The notes beneath the pieces are model-generated. The model was not told the DNA's origin. It was given only the letters and a program-made list of their open reading frames with translations, and ran no database searches. This document shows positions 51,881 through 64,000 of a DNA stretch of 64,000 nucleotides, in pieces (the stretch's first letter is position 1; each line of letters starts with the position of its first letter). This DNA comes from Callorhinchus milii. Lineage: Eukaryota. Location: contig NW_024704742.1 of the NCBI RefSeq assembly GCF_018977255.1, forward strand, positions 118,978,001 to 119,042,000. The letters run 5' to 3'. The translations under genes and the position numbers were made by a program.

Positions 51881-54800
51881 TTACTTCCCCTCACAGAAGG
51901 TGAGCAGCAGGCTGGTCTGCCCAGTGGTACTTTGCCACAGGGGTAGCATATTCACATTGTAACCAGGACACTTGACTGACATATTACATCTCCAGCTTTC
52001 CAGCTTTCTAATCACTCGCTGGAGCTCACGGTTGAGTTTTTGCAGTGCCTGGTTTTCCAGTGTGGTCATGTTACACGCTCTCACAATCGTGTCTCTCTCC
52101 CGACTCACACAAGCCAATTCTTCTTCAAGTTCTTTGATTCTGAAATGGATCAACAATATTTTTAGCAATTCAATTTTTTTTGTAGAACCAGTGGCAGTTG
52201 TGAATAAAAAAAAAGTTAAATCACTATTTTATCTTTTACTTTTCCTTCTCCTTTTCTGCCAAGAAACACTTATTACCCCCACAAGAAATGGGACACAGCT
52301 GCAGAGCTCTGCTATGTAGCTCAGAAAGCATCCGGGAGCTGCTATAGATATAACAGCTCAGGTTATGTTGCCCTCTGATTTCCCAAGTTAAACCTGTCAC
52401 AATAAAAACAAATCAGATATTATAGTGCCTTTCACATCGGGAGGACATCTCTAGGCGCTGGACAGTCAAGGATTTGGACCCGAGCAGGGGTTGGGATAAG
52501 GGGTGGAGGGTAGGGAGGTTAGGGGGTAGGAGGGTGGCTGAAGGCGCGATCAAAGAGGAGGGTCTTGAGACAGGTTCGGTTGAAAAATGTCAATTTGATT
52601 TCATCCTTCGACCCATTTGATCTCATCCTTCCATCTTACCGTCTTTCCCTTTAAAGCAACAAGGCTAAATTAGGCATCACCCACCCTTCCTGTAGCTCAG
52701 TGGTTAGAGCACTCGCTTTGCAAGCGAGAGACCGGAGTTCAATTCCAGGCAGGTCAGGGCGAAACCTTGGGCAAGTTTCCTTACTCCACACAGAGCCTAA
52801 TAATAATCCCTCCAAAAAAAAACAATAATATATTGGTCATTTTCAATCCACGACTGTCTGTGGGACATTGCTGTGCCAATTGGCTGCCGCGTTCGCCCAC
52901 AAATATACAGTCAATTCACTTTACAGTATATTCTGTGAAGCGCTTTGGGACATCCTCCCGACGTGAAAAGTGCTATATCAAATGCAAGGATTATTATTAT
53001 TATATTCTGTTATAGCAGTAGTGCGTCTTCATGACAAAAAATATAAATTCATCCTGTGGCCAACTGGAGAGACTGACACTTTCCCAGCATACGAGTCACA
53101 TTCAAACAAACATTTACTCAGCTTTTATATTTGAGAAACAATTTGTTTTCAGCATTACCTCTGTAAATATTCCTTCCTCATATGCTCCACTTTCCTTTGT
53201 AACTTCAGATTGTCTTCTTTTAGATTTTTTTGAACCTCCTTTGGAAGCAGGAAGACTTCTTTCAAGACTTCTTGTTTTATAACAGACAGCTGTCCTACAA
53301 AGCCAAAGATTGATAGACAACAGCTCACAGCTGTGAACATTTAAACCATCACTTTCAACTATTTAAATTGTTTGCTAACGGGCAGCTGTCCTACAAAGAA
53401 AAAGGTTAATGGACAACAGCTTACACTGTGAACATTTAAAATGGAGCTTTCAACTATTATTGGAAAAACAATACATTAAAAAAAACTTTAACAATGTTGC
53501 TTTATTTAAAATAGAAATTTACAGCAGAGATGAAGGCCATTCAACCATCACAAATTGACTGTTGTGTTTACCTACAAAATACAGTTACTACACTTTACAG
53601 TAAATCCTTTGAGGTGCTTTGAGATGTCCTCCTGACATGAAAGGGACGATATCAAATGCAAGGATTATTATTTTATTATCTTATCTGTGCTGAAAGAGCA
53701 AATACAGCTTTAAAATACAACTTTCAATTATTATCATAAAATCCATTCAGTCCTATTCACCTGCTTTCCCCACTCTGCAGAGTGTTCCACTTTAGATATC
53801 TATCTTGTTCTCTTTTGAAAGCTAATATGCATCTTGCAGCACCCAGAAGGACATTCCGCATCCTAGCACCTCTATGTGCAAAACAAATTCTCTTAATCTC
53901 CCCCTTTGGTCCCTTGCTAACTACTTTAAATTGATGCCACCTAGTCACTGACTCACTGACCAGTGGAAGTAACTTCTTCAACGAAAATCATATTTTTTGT
54001 AATGTGTTTGTACTGACACAGCCACGGGAGGAAGAATTTATTGGCAATTCTGAATGTTCAATGTTTTCTTAAAGCCCTTATTTTCTTTTACCTTCAGTGA
54101 TCGAGTTCTTTTCTGTATGCTTTGAAATCATTTTCGATATTGAATTCTTCCTTCCATACTACTCTTCACTTTTAATTTGCTCTTTTATAAATCGGCCATA
54201 TTACACTTCATTTCCTGACTGAGAAGCCCCAGTGGTGATCTGCTCTGAGACCACTCATTGCAATTAGTGAACTGGATGCCAGAACTGTGTAAGAAACTGA
54301 CTTGGCCTTTCGTTTCTAGTAAGAGACTTCTCCCAAGCAATCTAAATTCACTTTACAGTATATTCTGCGAAACGTTTTGAGACGTCTCAATGACATGATA
54401 AGGTGCTATATCAAATGCAAGGATTAATGTTATTAATAATAAATAAAATTAGAATCTCAGTGTGCTATGAATTATAGATAAGACCATTTATCATTACCAT
54501 TGATTGTACAGGCGATCATCTCAAGGTGCTTCACAGGATTTACTGTAAAGCGTAGTCACTGTGTATTTAGTAGGCAAAGGTGCAGTGAATTTGCCTATAA
54601 ATTCACATTAACTACGCATTACCATGAATCCTGTAAAGCTTTTTCAGGTGTGTCAGCAACATAAGGCACTAGATCAAATAGATTCAATGTGTGTTGTGCT
54701 GATAAACCTGCAAAGCCATCCACACTGAAATACAATGGAGTCCTGTAGCTCAGTGTTTAGAGCGCTCGCCTTGCAAGCGAAAAACCTGGGTTCGATTCCC

Positions 54801-57800
54801 AACAGGACAAAACCTTGGGCAAGTTTCCTTACTCCACACACCTGATGATAATCCCTCAAGAAAAAAACCCAATAATAATTTAGTCACTCAATCTATCCTG
54901 TGAAGCGCTTTGAGATGTCTAGAAGACGTGAAAAGTGCTATATCAAATGCAAGGATTATTATTACAATGGGAAAACATTAGTTGATCCAGATTCTGTAAA
55001 AATATTTTTTGCATTTGATATAGCACCTTGTAAGTCAGGGGGTTGTTACAAAGCGCTTTACAAGATCTACTGTAAAGTGTATTTTGTAAGTGAACGGAGC
55101 AGCCAATTTGCACACAAACAACCATGTAGTGAAAACATTGTATTATAAGCACTTTGGGATGTTGCAATATTTAAGGATATATAAAAATGAAAGTCTGTCT
55201 AATTAGGGAATATCCAAAAGTTGGAAAGTTTGGTTTATAATAATTATTGTAAAACTCAATTGCTGTTCATTCCTTATTTACCTGTAGATGTGCATTCCTT
55301 TTCTTCAATAGCTGCTTGAAGAGTCTGAGCAAGATACCAGTATCCAATCTCACCAAGAACATTGCAAAATGATTTGAACACACGGGAATCAGCATTTCTA
55401 ACAATTTCGAGAAGTTTGGCCACCTTTAGCTCAGCCAAGCCTTCCAACTGTATAAAATACAAGCAGATGCATCACCTTGCTTGAAACCTTCCAATACAAT
55501 GGATTTATTAAACTGTATATAATAACATAGTATTTAAATAGACCTTACATGTGATGTTGTGCCTTATGTCGTTGAAACGGTTCAAGGCACTTTACAAGAT
55601 TTACTGTAGAGGGAAGTGACAGTGTCTTTTTTAACCAAACACCACAGCCAATTGGTACCCAGCAATATCCCACAAACAGCCATGAAGTGAATGATCAATT
55701 TTATCTGGGGATTGTTTGCCAGCAGCACATTGGGAGAAACTTCTCCAAATAGTGGATCTTCGATATTCATCTGAACAGGCAGATGGGACCTTGGTTTAAC
55801 GTTTTATTATGCCTCTTTGATGACAGCAGCCTCAATAATATAGCTCTCCAGCAGCATTGCTTTGGAGTGTTAGCCTAGTGAGCGCAAATACATGACATAA
55901 GGCTTGAACTCACAACATTCTGACAGAGGCAAGGGTGCTACCAACTGAGCCAGGGTGATACACTGTTATCAGATATTCATTATCAAGCAAATCCACAGTT
56001 AAATATTCAAAGAAAATAAATCTCTGTGAATTTATTATTAGTCTAATGCTACATAAACAGAGGCAATGTAGACCGCGGTGGAATTTCTCCTCATAAATTC
56101 TAATTCTACTCTCCTGCTTAGTTTGTAGCAGAGATTTCCACATTTCAATCGACCTTTCTAACCCTGTAACTCTTTTTGTGATTGCTGTATTTTAAACATG
56201 TACCTGGAGCCAAAGAGACAAGGGAAATCCAATACTTAGCTGCTCTGTGTTAACTGATCTCCTGAATTCAGATTAATTGGCTACTCATTTCATTGTCGTT
56301 TACGGGATATTGCTAGCACTGATTAGGGACCTTATTTGTTTATACTGTATAATGTCATTCACTTTCATTTCCAATCAGTTTTAATTTGTAAAGCGCTTTG
56401 AGATTTATTTTTACCTGAAAGACATTATATAAATCCAAGTTATTATCTAGGAAAATGGTTGGGGGAGGTGAGAAGAACATCATTCATGTTATATCCCTCA
56501 GGCCAGGAAAGAAGACTTAATCTTAATCTGTCCTCCCAATTTAAAAGGCGTTATATCAAATGTAAGGATTATTATTAATAATAATTCAGCGTCTGTTAGT
56601 ACCTATAGAAACTATATGTAATCCATTAGAAGAAATGTGGTTAATGAATCCAGGAGTCTTCATGTTCCCACTGCATTGTATAAGAGATTTATCACAATTC
56701 CCTTCACAACAAGGTTCCAATCATGGCCGTGCCACCACAATGAGGGCCTAGCAGTTCCCTGTGCAGTAAAATCAGACACCAAACCACTAAGAACCCTCAT
56801 GCTGAGAAATTATGCCACATATCTCAGACACAATATGAAGAAAACATTTAAAAAGGGACAGAGGAAATCCAAAATGATCCTACCTCAATCTGTCCTATTT
56901 GATCCGTAGTCAAGACTCTCTTTTCTTTCAAACTCCGGTACAAGGGAGTTGACAATGAAAGCTTTTTGACGATGAAAGGGAAGTAGGACTCAATGACACT
57001 GGAGTGGAGGTTGGATGCAACTTCTCGTTTAGCAGTTTTTTCACCTAAATTCATCAGGGATAAACATAATTATTAATCCACAGTGACAGAAGTAATCATT
57101 TAATAATAAGAATAATCCTTGCATTTGATATAATGCCTTATTACATCATCGAGACACCTCAAAGCACTTCACAGGATTTACTGTAAAGTGTATTGACTGT
57201 ATATTTTATAGATGAACTTAGATTTTACTTCAATTCAACAAGTGAGACAACTCACATCAATAACAAATATCCTTGATCTGGCATGTACATCGTCAAATGT
57301 AAACCAGGGATCCCAAATTACATATTGGGGTTCAAAGTCCTCTTATTCGGAGAATGGAGATCTAATACTGACTGCAAATATATCCAACATCAATAATATA
57401 CATTAATAAATCAATACCTTTGAATACCGGCTTTCATGGTGTGAGAGTCGCAAAGCCCTTCACAAGCTGGGGGTGGGAGCCGGGGAGGAAGATGCAAAAG
57501 ATGACGAAAACATGGTCAAAGAGGTATGTTTTGAGATGTGCCTTCAAAGAGGGAAGTGAGAGAACAGGTCAGAGGGAGCCAGAATGGTATTCCAGAAAGA
57601 GGGGGCAGAATGGCTGAAATATCTCAAGTGGAGTAGAGCAATTACATTGCATGAGGGCTTCCTAGATGGTGGACTGTGATCTAGAACTGAACTACAATTT
57701 GTCACTTAATCCAGATTGTGTACATCATGACAACAACTGGAACAGGTCACCAGTGAAGGTGGTCAAGGCCAGGAAGCTGGATTCATTTAATAGTTTGGTG

Positions 57801-58717
57801 CTGTAATGAGAAGGTTAGAGGATAGGTATTCGTGAAGTATTACTATCAAATAACAATAATAATCCTTACATTTAATATAATGACTTTCGTGCCAGGAGGA
57901 CATCACAAAATATTTCACAGGATATATTATAATGTGTAACCACTGTGTATTTTGTAGGCAAATGCAGCAAAATTGGTCATTTACTTTGAGCCTGTTTGTG
58001 GCACATTGTTGAGCAATTTGGGCACAGCAATGTCCCACAAATAGCCGAAAAGTGAGTGACCAATTTTGGCCAGGACACCAGGAAAAACTCCCTTCACTTT
58101 TCGAATTGTGCATTTAATGTCCACCTGAACAAGCACAGAATCTGCCGTCCTTCAGGTTAATGTCTCATCTGAAGGACGGCACCTCCGACAATGTACACTC
58201 AGCACTGCATTGGAGTGTCAGCCAAGACTAAATCAGTTCAAAGCAGTATTTGTGGCTTGAACCCACAACCTTCTAACTTAGAGGCGAGAGTGCTAGCAAC
58301 CTGACACACAAATGAGCAAATAATCCAAAATAAAACTCCTGATGATTTCAGCAACATTAATGGGTGAGGTAAGTGGACTGACCTCTATGTAGAACTGTAC
58401 TTTCTAATACAATCTCAAACTTCTCAATTTCATTACATCATCTCGAAGGCTGCTGTGGATGTCAATTAATTCTATATTTAGCATCCCTGTAAGCATTTAG
58501 ATTGTGACATATTACAGCATTCGCAAAAAAACAGCAACTCTCAAAAATTTTACGATTACCATTCAATTGGACTCAGGGAGAGACTTTATGTCTCTAAGAC
58601 AGAGTGCAGAGCAATACTGCTTCCACAAAAGGCACATGAAATAGCATCACAATCCAGTAACTTACAAACAACTGGCTGCTCCTTAAAGGTTACTTTCTTT
58701 TTGAACGATCTCGACAT
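51881..58717 (-). CDS. Uncharacterised CARD/death-fold plus coiled-coil protein (257 aa)
   Basis: Exons 58717-58666, 57044-56884, 55447-55282, 53294-53159, 52139-51881 are GT-AG and phase-consistent (774 nt), with an in-frame TGA just upstream of the ATG. IESYFPFIVKKLSLSTPLYRSLKEKRVLTTDQIGQIE..KVAKLLEIV..VFKSFCNVLGEIGYWYLAQTL has the CARD pattern; heptad-rich C-terminal half. Confidence 0.72.
52688..53003 (+). mobile_element. tRNA-derived SINE, short subfamily
   Basis: A/B boxes, body and tail; very similar to 23927-24250. Confidence 0.92.
53750..53980 (-). mobile_element. Old CR1 3' fragment
   Basis: TRWHQFKV..KGEIKRICFAHR..FKREQDRYLK, a degenerate CR1 C-terminus. Confidence 0.6.
54737..54965 (+). 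mobile_element. tRNA-derived SINE, internally deleted
   Basis: Head ggagtcctgtagctcag and tail tatcaaatgcaagg(att)n. Confidence 0.88.
55545..55955 (-). mobile_element. DeuSINE (SacSINE1-like)
   Basis: gcaagggtgctaccaactgagcc head; ggagtgttagcc core. Confidence 0.72.
57855..58300 (-). mobile_element. DeuSINE (SacSINE1-like)
   Basis: gtctcatctgaaggacggcacctccgacaatg..cagcactgcattggagtgtcagcc. Confidence 0.78.
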
Positions 58718-60084
58718 CGCTCAAGTATATTCTTGGAATGAGTTGATTTTTTTCTTGTGAGAAGAGCAAAATTTTATTTATTTTATTTATGGTGGCTGAA
58801 TCTCCCAGTGCAGCTTGGCTAATGCTCCGCTGTGAATCTGCTGGCCTCTGGAACAACAGCAGCTCTGCAATCAGTCGGGTCCATCCACTTTGGCTCCCAA
58901 TATCAAGCGTCACCCTCACTCCAGGTTCCAGTTAACCTGTGTAGTGAACGTTTCTCTTTCTCTTTGTCAAAATAACAAAACGTGTTTCCACGCTGACCCC
59001 TGTAGTTGGGACTTGTATGTGTGGTTGCTAAGTAGCCTATGGGGGTTGCTTAGCACAGCTCTGCTCAAAACATTGAGACCAGGAACACAGAAACCTCAAA
59101 ACAAACAAGGAGCAATCCAAAGGACATCCATCCATCCACCCACCCCCCCTTTCACTGTCATTCTGAATGTCTCATACTATAGTTCCCAGTGGGTGAGTTT
59201 GGAGGAGAATGAAGAGGAGAGAGATGATTTGACTGCCTTATTTGGATATAGTAATAAAAGCAGCTACTGAACTTGCATAGAACTGTAGCTCACAAGAGGG
59301 GAACAAAATAAAATAGGTAGGGGAAGGAAAAAGGAGAGAAGAATAAGAACATAAGTGGGGTGGGGAGGGGGGTGGGGGTGGAGGAAACTTAAAAGAACTA
59401 AATCCCTCAACACCCTAAGGAAAGTAAGGTAGATATAGCTAGATTATGACTAATAATAATTCTTGCATTTGATATATTGCCTTATCATTTTGTTGAGACA
59501 TCTCAAAGTGCTTCACCAGCACCTATTGTAAAGTGCATTTTGCATAAAGTGCATGACTGTATTTTGTGGGCAAAAAAGGAGCCAATTGCGCACAGAAGTG
59601 TTTCATAAATAGCTGTGGATTGAGTGATCACATTTTTTTTCATTAGAGTTCATATTGAGAATTTTTCTGAGTATTGGGTTAAAGCCATTTAAAAGATTAG
59701 AACAAACAAGACTTGAAAAATCACAAGAGCAGCTTTTTTTAAAAAAAATCAAATAACTGATGATACTTCCACCCATTTCCAATGGAGCAATATTGCAATA
59801 CCACATTTTGGTCTTTTGACTAGATACTAAATAATTCAGTAAATATAAATTTGGACGAAGAAACCCCTTTAAATCTTATACTTCCAGAATCCCCACCTTA
59901 CCATATACTATCCATATCAATCAAGCTGAACATTCAAAGGCAATGATATTAAGCAGGTTAACAAATCCACTACTTGCAATTCATTCTCCAGTTACTGGTC
60001 TTCAAAATATAATTTGTCCAATGTTGAGAATATTCTAGACAGCTTGTCTGGTAAAGATTAAGAGAAGTTACTTTGGAGGAGGTA

Positions 60085-60412
60085 CTAATAATAATCATTG
60101 CATTTGATATAGCACTTTATCATGTCTATGAAACATCTCAAAAGCGCTTCACGGAATATACTGTAAAGTGAATTGACTGTATTTTGTTGGCAGAACACAG
60201 CAGCCAATTGCACACAACAATGTCCCACAAACAGTCGTGGATTGAGTGACCAAATAATTATTATTTTAAGGGATTATTAACCCCAGAAAGCGATCCGTCA
60301 ATTAAGTAACAACTGACTAACAATTGCCTAAGGTTTTGTGCTGCCCAGGAATCAAACCCGGGTCCCCTTGCTTGCGAGGCGAACCCTCTAACCAATATGC
60401 TACAGGACTCCA
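60085..60412 (-). mobile_element. tRNA-derived SINE
   Basis: Reverse-complement head gctacaggactcca and conserved body. Confidence 0.88.
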
Positions 60413-61231
60413 TTTTAGTATTAGTAGTAATGAATTAAAAATCGTCATTTCCCACCCCCTCCCCCAAGTCTGCACTCACCAACTTCAGGTTACTCAGAAC
60501 ACGAGCACACAAACAGACACCTGTAAGGAATTCAGAAAGCTGCACTGAAATGTAACTATTTTTCTGAACAAATTGAAATCCTGCAGTGCAGTTATTTTGA
60601 GCTCGTTACAAGTTTACTCACCTAAAAAATTAAATCGTGGGCTCAGAAAATGCTGTAGATAGGAAGATTTTGCACTTATTTGCATTTGAAATTAATATAC
60701 ACATTTAAAAATATATATATACTTGTATTTCATAGAGCGCTTTATCATGTCTTCAAGATATCTCAAAGTACTTCAGAGTATACTATAAAGTGAATTGACT
60801 GTATATTTTGTATATATGTATAGGTACAGCTGGTTTGAAGGGTCCAAATTTGACTATCCAGCACCTTGGGATGTCAGCTCGATATGTAAGGTACAAAACA
60901 AATGTAATTTTGTATTGTTTTAAAAATGAATTAGGCTATTCAGACCAGGCCATCATGTTTGTGCTGATGTTTCCTCCCCCATTAAAGCCGCTTATACAAT
61001 CGCCTGTGGTGACGTTATATTGATTTGAAACTGAATACTGTGGTTTGCAGTGAAACTATTGCACTTGACAAAGAAGAAACTCTTACTACTGGATCACAGG
61101 ATTCTCAGACACTATCCTGTGTGAAGGGCACCATATAAAAGCAAGTGATAAGATTTTTAAGATTATAAATTCTGACTTTTACAAAGCCATGGGCTACTGG
61201 CTTTCTTATCAGCCATCTTAATTTAAGGCAA

Positions 61232-61350
61232 AAGGCAAAGTTTCATCAGTTCTAACAAAAGGTCATAGATCTGAAACGTTAACTAATTTTCCTCTCTGCA
61301 TGAATGCTGCCTGACCTGCTGCGTATTCCCAGCAACTTCTGTGTTTATAC
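61232..61350 (+). mobile_element. Single arm of the Penelope-like repeat seen at 672-912
   Basis: aaaggtcataga.ctgaaacgttaactaattttcctctctgca..gctgcctgacctgctgcgt. Confidence 0.6.
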
Positions 61351-62214
61351 TTAATTAAAAAATTTTGTAAGTCACAGAACCAATGTATTCAAAGACTTCA
61401 GTCTAAACCATCTACATCAATCAGTAATTTCAAACAAACCTCTTCATCACACATAGTGAATAGAGGAATCGGGATAAGGAAACTCAGGTAATTTTATCCT
61501 CCCTACCCTGGATGATGTAAAGCTAGAACCAATTTAACCTCCTGAAACCCTGGCTGGGAATCAGTAAACTCAGCGCAGAACCAATGAGCTCATGTAAGCT
61601 GTAGCTCTATTCACTAAACCATCAAGGTTACCTCATGGCTGCAAATCTGAGTTTAGCAGCATATTAATCTTTTTTTTATCAATAAAAAAGATCAGTACGG
61701 CAGAGCTCATCTTCTGTCCTGTTATAAAATCACAACATGCAAACCTGTATGACACTGTACATAGCCTCTCCTCTTCTACCCCTTCCCCCACAAGTTTTTG
61801 CCATTTAGAGAAAAATTGAAGTGGAGCATAAATCTTATTTTAATCCAAACAGAAATACAAACCAGGATTGTTGTGTGAAGCGATTTCTAATGTGAAGTAG
61901 GGCAGTTCATTCTATTTCAAGATAAACAAGGTTAAAGTAGCCAAGTTATTGGTAATATGCAACTGAAATCTACAGATCCTTTCATGTGCACAATGATTGA
62001 GGTTATAGTAAGAGTCAGTTACACTAATTTCAAAAATCTGAAAATCATTGAAATCTGCAAACTCCAATTAATAGGGATGAAGAGTATTCTTTTAGTGCTA
62101 ATCACTAACTCTAGAAACCTGAGCTCCAATAGAGCTTCCAGCAGCAGTGTTAGTTGAGCCTTGTTCTGCAGGAGTCAAATAGTTGCTAACTGAGCACGAT
62201 TTTACAAAACCCAA

Positions 62215-62445
62215 AGTGATCCAGCATCAGCAGGCAGACCTTTAGCCTCTCTGCCCCTACCCCTTAGAACATCATCCCACAGTCCCTTCACCGCACCCCC
62301 TCCCTTGCCTCCTTCAAGGCCCATGTCAAGATCTTCCCCTTCAACTGCATCTTCAGTCATCCTTCTACCTCCACCCTTCCTGCCCTCCAGCCGTCCTGAT
62401 CCCAACCCCCAGCTCGGTGCGCATTCTTGACTCTTCAGCACTTTG
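62215..62445 (+). mobile_element. Old L2 3' fragment
   Basis: cctttagcctctctgccc..cccttgcctccttcaag pattern shared with other L2 copies. Confidence 0.65.
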
Positions 62446-62740
62446 TGGAGTCCTGTAGCTCAGTGGTTAGAGCACTCGCCTTGCAAGCCAGACACCTGGG
62501 TTCAATTCCAGGCAAGTTTCCTTACTCCACACGCCTAATAATAATCCCTCCAAAACAAAACAATAATAAATTGGTCATTTTCAATCCACGACTGTTTGTG
62601 GGACACTGCTGTGCGCAATTGGCTGCTGCGTTTTGCCCACAAAATATACAGTCAATTCACTTTACAGCATATTCTCTGAAGCGCTTTGAGACGTCTAGAA
62701 GGTGTGAAAAGTGCTATATCAAATGCAAGGATTATTTATT
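62446..62740 (+). mobile_element. tRNA-derived SINE
   Basis: A/B boxes, body and tail. Confidence 0.9.
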
Positions 62741-62874
62741 ATCTGTGATGTCCTTCCAACATGAGACACAACACATATGTAATTTTTGTTGTTGTGAAAT
62801 GGCAATACATCCACCCATCAAATTCTTGTTCTTGAATAGAAATTTAAGGAAAGATTTTTTTTAAAAACAAATGA

Positions 62875-62898
62875 TTTATTGAATATTTAGATTAAAAA
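62875..62898 (-). promoter_or_regulatory. CCNB1 3' UTR: CPE (TTTTTAAT) and polyadenylation signal (AATAAA)
   Basis: Minus strand TTTTTAAT at 62898-62891 and AATAAA at 62880-62875, ~50-70 nt after the stop codon. Confidence 0.6.
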
Positions 62899-62950
62899 TA
62901 GTAGCTACATTTTAAAAAACATGCCTGCAACTCACACAGATAAATACCAA

Positions 62951-64000
62951 TTAAGAAAATTGATGTTTCAAGTAGAGGAGGGATTGAGACAAGTTCAAGA
63001 TTGTGGGAGATGTCAGCTGAGAGATGGTGCTGATCCTCAATTGGTCGCTTCCAGCATATTTATGCTTAACACTCTGGATAAGTAAAGAAAAAACTATCAA
63101 CACAAGAGCAGAAGGGATTATACAATTGCATAGCATTACTGTCTGCTGAGAAATGTACTGCAAAAAAACAGTGCAAGAGATCTGACTTGTCAGATTTTCT
63201 GGATCATTTTAAGTTTATACTACACTTGACAGGCTGTTGGGATCAATTTATATAATCATCAAAAAATTAGCCCTGATTCTGCAAGTCAGTTTAGATTCTA
63301 ACAATTGCCTTTTCAATTCAGACCAAGTAGCTGTCATCAAAACTAAGATCATTTATTGTAATTGAAAGACAAGTGTCTGCTGTAGGAAGAAACCCATCAC
63401 CATGTTCAAATATCCAAACTAGACAGTTCTACATATGTATACCGCCTATGCACAAACTTCCTGGTCTAATGGAGTGTTGTTTCCCTGGAGGGATGCAACC
63501 CACTTATCCATTCCAGAAAGTAGTCAAGGTGTAGAGATCCCTGATGGTTGGTACTGCAAACTAGCTGAAGTAATATAGCTTGCTGATGCGTACCATCTGG
63601 AAAACTTCCTGCTGCTTGTCCAGCTAGGACCACTCTACCCATTCAAGCTTTGGATTGCAGGCTTAACAGGATCTGTGTGGCAAGAATTCCTACTTCCATT
63701 TACTGTACACAAAGTATTATAGGAAGGGCAGATGCATGGTTACTGTACCTCACATGAATTCAATCTTACCATGTGCTTAGTGATTCTATTATTGACCTGT
63801 ACAACATTCTTAGCCATGTGCTGCATCACTTGAACCAATTCATCTTCTTCATATCCCATGTAGTGTCGCAACAGTGGGGACTGGAAAGAATTGTAGATTC
63901 AGTCAACGTTTTCATTGCAAGAATTAGATCAATGCTTGTTAGTACAGACAAGAACTGGTATCAATCTATTTATATACTTACCCATTCTCCGCAACTTAAC
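62951..64000 (-). CDS. CCNB1: Cyclin B1 (B-type cyclin), last three exons; 5' part lies outside the window
   Basis: Exons ..64000-63982 (..GEW), 63880-63770 ([37 protein letters not shown]), 63073-62951 ([20 protein letters not shown]). Matches the cyclin B C-terminus; B1 rather than B2 is assigned from synteny with CENPH. Confidence 0.88.

Overview
Intron-rich vertebrate genomic DNA, most likely a cartilaginous fish (inferred from the tRNA-derived SINE, DeuSINE, L2, CR1 and Penelope-type repeats). Hand-splicing with GT-AG and phase checks gives four recognisable minus-strand genes in the conserved order CCNB1 (last 3 exons, 62951-64000), CENPH (complete, 26078-36410), MRPS36/KGD4 (complete, 17619-23454) and CDK7 (first 7 exons, 368-7156). 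Between CCNB1 and CENPH, which are neighbours in human, lie two phase-consistent genes I cannot name. One is a ~390-410 aa plus-strand multi-pass membrane protein (38517-49091) head-to-head with CENPH at a CCAAT/CHR promoter. The other is a 257 aa minus-strand protein (51881-58717) with an RVxF-like motif, a CARD-like death fold and a coiled coil; its duplicated splice acceptor could yield a CARD-only form. Other notable signals are a ~30-unit minisatellite amplifying an RFX X-box-like motif at the CDK7 promoter, G/C-skewed tandem repeats beside each CpG-island promoter, a palindromic Penelope-type repeat with a hammerhead-like core, and a U2 snRNA 5' fragment. All gene models are manual and were not checked against databases.
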